Shown here: piece after piece, positions 19,315 through 26,966 of the stretch
Position numbering within the stretch: position 1 is the stretch's first letter
Layout: the number at the start of each line of letters is the position of its first letter
NCBI GenBank assembly: GCA_963790545.1
Contig: CAWBPA010000007.1
Span: 17,668-81,667, forward strand
Source of the DNA: Vicinamibacterales bacterium
Lineage (GTDB): Bacteria > Acidobacteriota > Vicinamibacteria > Vicinamibacterales > JAMQPK01
Direction: 5' to 3'
Length of the DNA: 64,000 nt
Program-made: the position numbers and the translations under genes
The notes under the pieces: generated by a model
The model's database searches: none
What the model saw: only the letters and a program-made list of their open reading frames with translations
What the model was told of the DNA's origin: nothing

Positions 19315-19937
19315 GTCAGATTCCTCCTCATCACGCCGTCGACCGGAGCAATGACCCATGACATCAAAGGCTCTTGCTCATCGTCTGTCGCCGTCGCCAG
19401 CGGCGTGATGATTGTCGTCTTCGAGACTTGGCGTCGATCCGGAGGACAGTGCATGACCACCCGTGCGATAAGCGTCCCCCAATTCGGACCGCCAGCCACG
19501 AGCTCCGCGGCATGGCGCAGCATGATGTCCGGACCCGAGATCGTATGTTCGATGCGGCCGTCGCCGAGCGAACGATGCTCGGCCGAAAACACGACTCGCA
19601 TACGGTGGTCCCACGAGAGGCGTTCGAGGCAAAAGACCGGACCGTGCGCCGTCAACCCGGCAATCGCCACGGGTCCCCTTTTCCATCGAGGATCCAGATC
19701 GTGAAGCCAGAAGTCCGTGATATCCCCGCTGATTCCGTGAGCCGGCACGCCCAGTCGCTTCATCTCGATGCCGAATGCGACGCTGTCGGGGAATCGCTCG
19801 TCGAACACGACCTTATAGAGAGGCGTACGCGCCGGTTCGTTCGAAGTCAGCAGGTCGGAGGACAGGCCGCCTGCGCCGGTCATCGGCAGGGCTGAGGCGG
19901 CAATCCCGAACTGAAGGAATTCTCTGCGGCTGGCCAT
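19311..19937 (-). CDS. Twin-arginine-signal protein of unknown function (candidate small subunit / Tat escort of the flavocytochrome)
   Basis: MASRREFLQFGIAASALP is a consensus Tat motif. AAGGAGA SD precedes the ATG at 19937. Translationally coupled to the flavoprotein gene. Confidence 0.6.
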   Translation of the reverse strand: MASRREFLQFGIAASALPMTGAGGLSSDLLTSNEPARTPLYKVVFDERFPDSVAFGIEMKRLGVPAHGISGDITDFWLHDLDPRWKRGPVAIAGLTAHGPVFCLERLSWDHRMRVVFSAEHRSLGDGRIEHTISGPDIMLRHAAELVAGGPNWGTLIARVVMHCPPDRRQVSKTTIITPLATATDDEQEPLMSWVIAPVDGVMRRNLT

Positions 19938-19963
19938 GAGTTCATCTCCTTGGGGCGTATGAT

Positions 19964-20060
19964 AAATGGGGTCAGACCCCATTTTTTCGAAAATCGTAAA
20001 TGACTGCGGCCAAGATAGTGCGGTTTACGATTCGCGTAAAAATGGGGTCTGACCCCTTTT
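19964..20060. repeat. ~97-bp palindromic MITE-like element built on the GGGGTCAGACCCC motif
   Basis: The left arm is aaatggggtcagaccccattttttcgaaaatcgtaaa. The reverse complement of the right arm is aaaaggggtcagaccccatttttacgcgaatcgtaaa. About 32 of 37 positions match. Confidence 0.8.
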
Positions 20061-20113
20061 AGAACGCTTACAATGAATGGAAACGAGAACTGAGTCTTCC
20101 AAGGAGTTTTCCT

Positions 20114-21115
20114 ATGCGGTCTCTCCGTTTTCTGGCGGGAAGCATTGCGGTCCTGGCGCTCGCGTCGATTCCGGTGTTTGGGCAGCAAACCAATCGGGCC
20201 CCGGCGAGCCGTGCGGCAACGGCAAAGGACTGGACGCCCCCGCGCACGCCATGGGGTCACCCCGATCTGCAAGGCATCTATACAAACAAAGATGAGTCGG
20301 GAATCCCGATGGAAAAACCCGATGGCCTTGCGACGAAAGGGACCGAAGAGGTCGAAGACAGCGAATTTGCAGAAATCGTGAGAGAACGAAACAAACAGAT
20401 TGTCGAGCGCGCACCGCTTGCCGGTGGCATCACGGGCGCCGGCCCAACGCACTGGTACGAAAACTACGACGCCAAGAACAGCCGCCTGTGGCTGTTGGTC
20501 GATCCGCCAGGCGGCAAGATCCCGGCCGAGACCGACGAAGCCAAAGCACGAGCGGCAGCCCGTGCTGACGCGCGCGCGAGAAGCGGCCGCGGCCCCGCCG
20601 ACTCCTGGGAAGATCGCAGTCTGTACGACCGCTGCATCTCTCTCAGCGTGCCAGGATCGATGACGCCAAAAATCTACGGCAACTCCTACGAAATCTATCA
20701 AGCGCCCGACTACGTGGCCATTCGATACGAGATGGTGCACGAGACGCGGATTATTCCGCTTGATGGGCGGCCGCACGTCAGCCCAGCCATTCGACAGTAC
20801 ATGGGCGACGCGCGCGGGCGTTGGGAAGGCAACACGCTGGTTGTCGAGACCACGAACTTCCACCCGAACGTCAACAACCGTGGAGCGACCGATCAGCTCA
20901 AGTTGATTGAACGTTTCACCGCCGTGTCTCCTGATAAGGTCGAGTGGTCGGTCACCTACGACGACGCGAAGACCTGGACGAAGCCCTGGACCTTCGCGAT
21001 GCGCTTGACCAAGGATCCGAGCCAGCAGATTTTCGAGTATGCCTGTCACGAGGGAAATTACGGCTTGCGCAACATCCTGAGCGCGGCGCGTGCTGAAGAA
21101 AAAGCCGGGAAGTAG
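20114..21115 (+). CDS. Secreted protein of unknown function, paralogue P2 of the 'FEYACHEGNY' family
   Basis: AAGGAG SD, signal peptide, DWTPPRTPWGHPDLQGIYTN, RIIPLDGRPH, GDARGRWEGNTLVVETTNF and FEYACHEGNYGL. Confidence 0.75.
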   Translation: MRSLRFLAGSIAVLALASIPVFGQQTNRAPASRAATAKDWTPPRTPWGHPDLQGIYTNKDESGIPMEKPDGLATKGTEEVEDSEFAEIVRERNKQIVERAPLAGGITGAGPTHWYENYDAKNSRLWLLVDPPGGKIPAETDEAKARAAARADARARSGRGPADSWEDRSLYDRCISLSVPGSMTPKIYGNSYEIYQAPDYVAIRYEMVHETRIIPLDGRPHVSPAIRQYMGDARGRWEGNTLVVETTNFHPNVNNRGATDQLKLIERFTAVSPDKVEWSVTYDDAKTWTKPWTFAMRLTKDPSQQIFEYACHEGNYGLRNILSAARAEEKAGK

Positions 21116-21134
21116 CGCGGACTAAGCAGCAGCA

Positions 21135-21202
21135 CGTAGGGCGGGCCTTGCTTTTCAGGCCCGCCTGGAGCCGGGTCCAAAGAGCAGGACCCGGCCTACG
21201 TA
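21135..21202. repeat. 68-bp composite double-hairpin element, copy 1
   Basis: cgtagggcgggccttgcttttcaggcccgcctggagccgggtccaaagagcaggacccggcctacgta. Nearly identical to 26389..26456. Termini are inverted (cgtagg/cctacg). Confidence 0.9.
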
Positions 21203-21247
21203 CTGCAGTTAAGGAAATTCCGATGCCCAACAACATCTGGCGAGCTT

Positions 21248-22357
21248 TTGACGCTCGTGACAACCCTGGCGTTGGCCTCAGTTCCAATCACAGGCCAGCA
21301 GGGCGCTGCGCGCTCGAGCAATACGGCCGCCGCAGCGGCCGATTGGACGCCGTCCAAAACGCCGTGGGGCGATCCCGATCTGCAGGGAACGTGGACCACC
21401 GATTCCGCAAACGGGATCCCGTTGCAACGTCCGGTCGAGTACGGAAACCGTGCGGAATTGACCGACGAAGAGTTCGCTCAGAAGCTGGCGAGAGACGAGC
21501 GGACGCGAACGGCGGCCGAGAATGCCGTCGGCTCCTTCCGGGGGGATGGAGCGTGGCTCACCCAGTCACTTCGCCAAACGTCGCTCATCATCGAACCGGT
21601 CGACGGCCGACTCCCGCCCTACGCGCCTGGCGCCGAAGCGCGGAGCTCCCCGCAAGGGACGTACGGGGAAGGTCCACTCGACGGGCCCGAAGACTTCACG
21701 ATGTACGATCGTTGCCTGACGCTCGGCGTCGTGGGCTCGATGACCCCGAAAATCTATGGAAATGGCCATCGCATCGTCCAGGGGCCTGGATACGTTTCGA
21801 TCATGAACGAGATGATTCACGAGGCCCGCATCATCCCGCTCGACGGTCGTCCGCACGTGGGAAGCAACATCCGACTGTACATGGGTGATGGACGCGGACG
21901 GTGGGAGGGCAACACGCTGGTCGTGGAAACGACCAATCTCACAGACAAGACGAACGCGCCTGGAGGCCGCATCCGTCACACGACCGAGATGAAGATCATC
22001 GAGCGTTTCACGCGGACCGCAAACGACACGCTTCGATATGAAGCCGTGCTCGACGATCCGAAGACCTTTACCAAGCCGGTGAAGATCTCCATTCCGTTGA
22101 CGTCGCCCTCTGGATATTTCGTCCTTCCCTACGATTGCCACGAGGGGAATCTTGCGTTGCTCCAGTCTCTGGGTGGTGAGCGCGCTGAGGACCTCGCAAT
22201 CGAGGAAGATCGCAAGAGAGGCATTATCCGGCCGAGGAAGATTATTCAGGGTCTCACCGTTCCAGGTGGACCGCTCGGGTCTCCCGGGCCCGTCAGTGGC
22301 GCAGCCCCACCGGCTCCCGCATCGCCCCAGGGAGGAACAGCGCCTCAGCCACGCTGA
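21248..22357 (+). CDS. Secreted protein of unknown function, paralogue P3 of the 'FEYACHEGNY' family
   Basis: DWTPSKTPWGDPDLQGTWTT, RIIPLDGRPH, GDGRGRWEGNTLVVETTNL and LPYDCHEGNL. The track start is TTG 21248. An ATG at 21223 with an AAGGA SD lies in another frame, so either a 1-nt indel near 21245 or a TTG start is possible. Confidence 0.7.
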   Translation: MTLVTTLALASVPITGQQGAARSSNTAAAAADWTPSKTPWGDPDLQGTWTTDSANGIPLQRPVEYGNRAELTDEEFAQKLARDERTRTAAENAVGSFRGDGAWLTQSLRQTSLIIEPVDGRLPPYAPGAEARSSPQGTYGEGPLDGPEDFTMYDRCLTLGVVGSMTPKIYGNGHRIVQGPGYVSIMNEMIHEARIIPLDGRPHVGSNIRLYMGDGRGRWEGNTLVVETTNLTDKTNAPGGRIRHTTEMKIIERFTRTANDTLRYEAVLDDPKTFTKPVKISIPLTSPSGYFVLPYDCHEGNLALLQSLGGERAEDLAIEEDRKRGIIRPRKIIQGLTVPGGPLGSPGPVSGAAPPAPASPQGGTAPQPR

Positions 22358-22382
22358 GCCGATTAATTTTCGACTGCAACCT

Positions 22383-24077
22383 TTGGAACAATCACGCACC
22401 AACGAGTCGCTGGCATCATTCCTTCAAGCTCGCGACTTTGTCCTGCAGCACCGCACCGACCACGAGATGGTGGTTCGTGATTTCCACTGGCCCGTGCTGA
22501 AGCGGTTCAACTGGGCACTCGACTTCTTCGATTCCCTGGCCGTCGGCAACTCCTATCCAGCTCTCCACATCGTCGACGAAGATGGCGGCGAGCACGTCCG
22601 ATCGTTTGCGGAGTTGTCCACGTCATCCAATCGAGTCGCCAATCTCTTCTCCAGTCTGGGGCTCGGTCGCGGCCACCGAGTGCTGCTGATGCTGGGAAAC
22701 GAAGTGGGACTTTGGGAGACGTTGCTCGCGGCCATGAAACTTGGGGCAGTCGTCATCCCAGCTTCGACACTTCTCACCCGTGACGACATACAGGATCGGA
22801 TCGATCGCGGACGTGTGGGCTTTGTCGTCGCCGGTGCGGCGCAAGCCACCAAGTTCGAAGGCCTCCTCGCCAATCTGACAAAAGTCGTCGTTGGCGGCGA
22901 AGCGAGCGGCTGGGTGCCGCTCGAAGAGAGCCAGCAGATGCCGCCGGAGTTCACTCCTGATGGTGAAACGCTCTCGACCGATCCGCTCCTTCTCTATTTC
23001 ACGTCTGGAACCACATCTAAACCGAAGCTGGTGCTCCATACACACCAGAGTTACCCGGTTGGCATCCTCTCGACGCTGCACTGGTTGGGGCTTCAACCAG
23101 GAGATCGGCACTGGAACATCAGCTCGCCCGGCTGGGCAAAGCATTCGTGGAGCAGCGTGTTCGCACCCTGGACCGCAGGTGCCACGGTGTTTGCCTTCAA
23201 CCAGGCCCGGTTCCAGCCAAAGGCCGTCCTGGATGCACTGGTCCGGCATCGATTAACCACGTTGTGCGCACCACCAACCGTGTGGCGGATGCTGGTTCAG
23301 GAGCCGCTGACGGAATACTCCCCTTCACTCCGCGAAGCGTGTGCCGCAGGTGAGCCTCTCAATCCTGAGGTCATTGAACGTGTGAAGAGGGCGTGGGGAT
23401 TGACGGTTCGCGACGGTTATGGCCAGACAGAGACGACCGCCCTCATCGGCAACTCACCGGGGCTGTCCGTAAAAGCTGGATCGATGGGTCGACCCCTTCT
23501 CGGTTTTCACATTGAGCTTCTGGACGCCAATGACCGACCGGCCGAGGAGGGTGAAATCTGTATCGCGCTTGCGCCTCGCCCGGTCGGTTTGATGCCTGGG
23601 TACCTTGATGATGACGCGAAGACCTCTCAGGCGATGCGGGAAGGCTTCTACCACACGGGTGATGTCGCCCGTCGCGATTCGGACGGGTACATCACATACA
23701 TCGGCCGCGCCGACGATGTGTTCAAGTCTTCCGATTATCGGATTAGCCCGTTCGAGCTGGAAAGTGTGCTCATCGAACACCCGGCCATTGCGGAGGCCGC
23801 GGTCGTGCCGAGTCCCGACCGCGTTCGGCACACGGTTCCAAAGGCTTTTGTCGTCGCCGCTGCTGGTCATGAACCATCCAGCGAACTGGCTCGGAGCATT
23901 TTCGACTACACGCGGCAGGTTCTCGCTCCGTACAAGAGGATTCGCCGGCTCGAGTTTGCCGAGCTGCCAAAAACGGTGTCGGGGAAGATCCGGCGTACCG
24001 AACTTCGCGATTTGGAGGCGGGGCGCCGCGCCACAGGCGCACGCGCCCCACTGGAGTTCTTCGAAGAGGATTTCTAG
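22383..24077 (+). CDS. AMP-forming acyl-CoA synthetase (medium-chain/AcsM-like)
   Basis: LYFTSGTTSKPK AMP-binding motif, GYGQTE, YHTGD and PKTVSGKIRR. The ORF track starts at 22152 inside the upstream gene. I trimmed it to the first alternative start after that gene (TTG 22383), and this start is uncertain. Confidence 0.8.
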   Translation: MEQSRTNESLASFLQARDFVLQHRTDHEMVVRDFHWPVLKRFNWALDFFDSLAVGNSYPALHIVDEDGGEHVRSFAELSTSSNRVANLFSSLGLGRGHRVLLMLGNEVGLWETLLAAMKLGAVVIPASTLLTRDDIQDRIDRGRVGFVVAGAAQATKFEGLLANLTKVVVGGEASGWVPLEESQQMPPEFTPDGETLSTDPLLLYFTSGTTSKPKLVLHTHQSYPVGILSTLHWLGLQPGDRHWNISSPGWAKHSWSSVFAPWTAGATVFAFNQARFQPKAVLDALVRHRLTTLCAPPTVWRMLVQEPLTEYSPSLREACAAGEPLNPEVIERVKRAWGLTVRDGYGQTETTALIGNSPGLSVKAGSMGRPLLGFHIELLDANDRPAEEGEICIALAPRPVGLMPGYLDDDAKTSQAMREGFYHTGDVARRDSDGYITYIGRADDVFKSSDYRISPFELESVLIEHPAIAEAAVVPSPDRVRHTVPKAFVVAAAGHEPSSELARSIFDYTRQVLAPYKRIRRLEFAELPKTVSGKIRRTELRDLEAGRRATGARAPLEFFEEDF

Positions 24078-24095
24078 GTGAACTCGGTTAACTTG

Positions 24096-24533
24096 TCAGA
24101 GTACGCCCGGCTTGAAGATGAAACTCTTCGGCGTGTTGGGATCGGGATCCCGATACTTCATGTGGCACGCCTGACATGCGCCGAAGATTTCTTTCACCGC
24201 CATCCCAGCGGCCGCCGCATCGGTGCCTGACAGCGCTTTGTCAGCGGCATCCATTCTCGACAGAGCGTCCTTGGCGATCATTGCCGGGTCGTCCTTCTTT
24301 CTCTCCACCCAAAATGCCTGGACCGCCATCATGTTCGTTCGCGCGGTTGCCAGCGACATCTTGGCATCGGGGAGAGAGCCGGAGGCGATAGCCTTGTTGG
24401 TGGCACCCATGGCTCCGCCAATGGCTTTCATCGTCTTGTCGTAATCCTCGGGCGTCGCGATCTTCGTCTGCGCGTACCCTGCCGACGCCACCCACGCGAC
24501 CAACAATGCCGCACACACGAGAAATCGTCGCAT
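24096..24533 (-). CDS. Class II cytochrome c (cytochrome c' / c556 type)
   Basis: 145 aa with a signal peptide, four-helix-bundle-type composition and a single C-terminal CQACH haem motif. Confidence 0.7.
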   Translation of the reverse strand: MRRFLVCAALLVAWVASAGYAQTKIATPEDYDKTMKAIGGAMGATNKAIASGSLPDAKMSLATARTNMMAVQAFWVERKKDDPAMIAKDALSRMDAADKALSGTDAAAAGMAVKEIFGACQACHMKYRDPDPNTPKSFIFKPGVL

Positions 24534-24613
24534 CAGGCCCTCCTTAAGTAGATCAAACCCCGCGCGATGCTAGCGCAGTCGTGTGAATGTAAGCAATCGA
24601 AAAACTGAGATTT

Positions 24614-26353
24614 CTACCTGCGCCGTGCAGCTTCGTCAGCGATCTGACGCTCGACGTCGGCCAGGTGACGTTGCGCGTCAACGTTCTTTGGATCGAAGTT
24701 CACGGCTTGACGAAAGTGATGGAGCGCCTCGCTCAATCGACCCTGCGATTGCAGGACCAGGCCCAGCCTGTCGTGAGCCAATACATAGTCCGGTTTCAAC
24801 GCCAGCGCTTTGACGAAATAGCCACGAGCCTCGTCCCGCTTTCCCTGCAGGAGAAGCGCGCTCCCGACGTTGTAGTTGGCGGCGGGTGAATCGGGGCTCA
24901 GACGAAGCGTGGCAGCAAAATGAGCCGCCGTCTGGTCGAGGTTGCCAACTTCCGCGTACAGGAGCGCCGCGCCGTCGTGCAGGGCGACGTTTGCAGGATC
25001 CGCCTCCAGCATCTTCTCGTGCCCGACAATCTCTTCGCGCAACATCTTCGTCTGGACAGCATCGACCAGCCTGGCACGGTCGGTTGGGTTTCTGGCGATG
25101 GCTTGAAACCAGAGCTCGGCCATCTCGTTGGTGGTTCGCTGCCCGTAAGTCACGCGCCGAGGGGGCGTGAACTGCTTGTGCGGGTTCTCTGCGGAGTTGT
25201 CATACACATACTCCATCGTGATTGTCGTCCCGGCCGGCAAGGAAACGGGGCGTGCGTACCGATACACGCCTTGCCAGTCGAAATCCCACTCGCGGATGTA
25301 CACAAGCCACTTCCGCGCACCGTCGGGAAGGGTTGCGAACCCTTTGACTTCCTTCGCAAGATAGTGGGCGTGAGGCTGAACCGTGTAGAGATCGACGTCC
25401 ACGTTCAACGTGATCGAATCAGAAACGAAATAGTTTTTCTCGCCGGGCGGGATGTCCAGGTGTTGCCGGGTCAGTCTGATCAAAGCAGGGTTCAGCGACG
25501 GAGGGGCGTCGCTGAAATAGAGCCCAAGCATGGCCTGCACCGGTTCCCTTTGCCCGCTCGGTCGCAGGTGCAACATCATGACAAGGTCGACGCCCTTTTC
25601 AAGCGGCCATGCCATCCCGTTCGGGGCGACGTACGGGGCATGACCGGGGCCCCAGTCGAGAAAATATCCATCAGGGCTCCGCACCGAGTGCGGGATCAAG
25701 CCCTCGTATCCCGGCAGCGGATCCTCCGCGTCCAGTCGCCGTGACAGCCCTGCCCGATCGAACTGCATCGTTGCGTGATGCACCACGCGAGGGTTCCCCG
25801 GCAGAAACTCCCAGGCCCTGATATACCGCGTCATGTCGCCGGGGATCGACAGCACGAAGTTTCTGTACATGTCGTCGCCGGTCGGGCGAAGCTCGAAGAG
25901 TTCGGTCTGAAGCACGAGATCGGGCTCGCCGAGCTGCCAGCGGCCGCTCCACTTCGGCAGTGGAGGAACCAAGGTCGGATCACCTTCAACCGCACCGTCG
26001 TCGACCCATCTTTGGATCAGCCCGATTTGCTCGTCGGTGAGCCGGCGCTCACCGGCAAACTCGCCGAAGCCCGGCTCCGGTTTCCACGGCGGCATCTGGC
26101 GCTGCAAGACGGCTTGCTTGATGGACTTTGCCCACGGACGGGCGTCCTCATATGACAGGAGGCTGAACGGGGCCGAACCCGCAGGTCGATGACAAGAGGC
26201 GCACTCGTTAAAGAGGATTGGCGCAACCTGCGAAAACGTCACCGGCGATTTCTGCAGAGCACGAGGTGACGCGGTCAGTGGACCGGGCTGGAGATGTAGA
26301 GCGATCGCCAGCGTCGCCACAAGCATCGCGCCCCAGCATCGGATGATCTGCAT
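24614..26353 (-). CDS. Secreted PHM/DBH-like copper monooxygenase-fold protein with N-terminal CxxCH motif and C-terminal TPR repeats
   Basis: CASCH near the N-terminus. The His/Met pattern is VVHHATM, MMLHLRP, QPHAHY and TNEMAEL, with PHM-like spacing (69/66/81 aa). Four to five TPR units close the protein. Start trimmed to the ATG at 26353 (MQIIRCWGAMLVATLAIAL). Confidence 0.65.
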   Translation of the reverse strand: MQIIRCWGAMLVATLAIALHLQPGPLTASPRALQKSPVTFSQVAPILFNECASCHRPAGSAPFSLLSYEDARPWAKSIKQAVLQRQMPPWKPEPGFGEFAGERRLTDEQIGLIQRWVDDGAVEGDPTLVPPLPKWSGRWQLGEPDLVLQTELFELRPTGDDMYRNFVLSIPGDMTRYIRAWEFLPGNPRVVHHATMQFDRAGLSRRLDAEDPLPGYEGLIPHSVRSPDGYFLDWGPGHAPYVAPNGMAWPLEKGVDLVMMLHLRPSGQREPVQAMLGLYFSDAPPSLNPALIRLTRQHLDIPPGEKNYFVSDSITLNVDVDLYTVQPHAHYLAKEVKGFATLPDGARKWLVYIREWDFDWQGVYRYARPVSLPAGTTITMEYVYDNSAENPHKQFTPPRRVTYGQRTTNEMAELWFQAIARNPTDRARLVDAVQTKMLREEIVGHEKMLEADPANVALHDGAALLYAEVGNLDQTAAHFAATLRLSPDSPAANYNVGSALLLQGKRDEARGYFVKALALKPDYVLAHDRLGLVLQSQGRLSEALHHFRQAVNFDPKNVDAQRHLADVERQIADEAARRR

Positions 26354-26388
26354 CTTTCTTAAGTCTAGGGCATGTTGCGAAATGAGGT

Positions 26389-26456
26389 CGTAGGGCGGGC
26401 CTTGCTTTGTAGGCCCGCCTGGAGCCGGGTCCAAAGAGCAGGACCCGGCCTACGTA
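26389..26456. repeat. 68-bp composite double-hairpin element, copy 2
   Basis: Differs from 21135..21202 at only about 2 positions, in the loop of the first hairpin. Confidence 0.9.
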
Positions 26457-26464
26457 CTGCAAGT

Positions 26465-26941
26465 CTAACGTGGCGCATGCCCGCGTTTGTACACCATGAA
26501 CGTGCGCTTGAATTCGAGCACGACGGTTCCATCCTGATTGAGCCCGGTCGTTTTCACGCGCACGATACCAACGGTTGGCCGAGACTTCGATTCACGAATC
26601 TCGAGCACCTCGCTTCTCGCATAGAGCGTGTCCCCCTCGAAGACCGGATGCGGCATTCGCACCTCGTCCCACCCGAGATTGGCCACCGCGTTCTGGGAGA
26701 GATCGGTGACCGACTGACCCGTCACGATGGCAAGCGTGAGGCAGGAATTGACCAGGGGCTTGGCGAACTCAGTCTTGGCCGCGTAATGCGTGTCGAAGTG
26801 CACCGGGTTCGTGTTCATGGTGAGAAGCGTGAACCAGACGTTATCCGCTGACGACACCGTCCGGCCAAGCGGATGCTCGTAAACATCCCCGACTTCAAAG
26901 TCTTCGTAGAGGCGACCGGTCCAGCCTTTCTTGATCGTCAT
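26465..26941 (-). CDS. MaoC-like (R)-specific enoyl-CoA hydratase / hot-dog-fold dehydratase
   Basis: 158 aa. Shows YAAKTEFAKPLVNSCLTLAIVTG and a hot-dog-fold pattern (GDTLYARSEVLEIRESKSRP..GIV). Confidence 0.7.
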   Translation of the reverse strand: MTIKKGWTGRLYEDFEVGDVYEHPLGRTVSSADNVWFTLLTMNTNPVHFDTHYAAKTEFAKPLVNSCLTLAIVTGQSVTDLSQNAVANLGWDEVRMPHPVFEGDTLYARSEVLEIRESKSRPTVGIVRVKTTGLNQDGTVVLEFKRTFMVYKRGHAPR

Positions 26942-26966
26942 GTTATGGGCGATGTAGCGTCCGGCT

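Noticed and set aside
19880-21049. Long ORFs antisense to, or out of frame with, confident genes. Examples: 19880..21049(-), 234..818(-), 5209..5772(-), 6596..7585(+), 8493..9290(+), 10562..11398(+), 21566..22402(-), 24920..25744(+), 27036..27770(+), 59003..60100(-).
   Set aside because: These are typical high-GC shadow ORFs. Their composition is Arg/Ala/Gly/Pro-rich and they show no motifs, SD sequences or signal peptides. Each is fully overlapped by a gene with clear family signatures on the other strand or frame.
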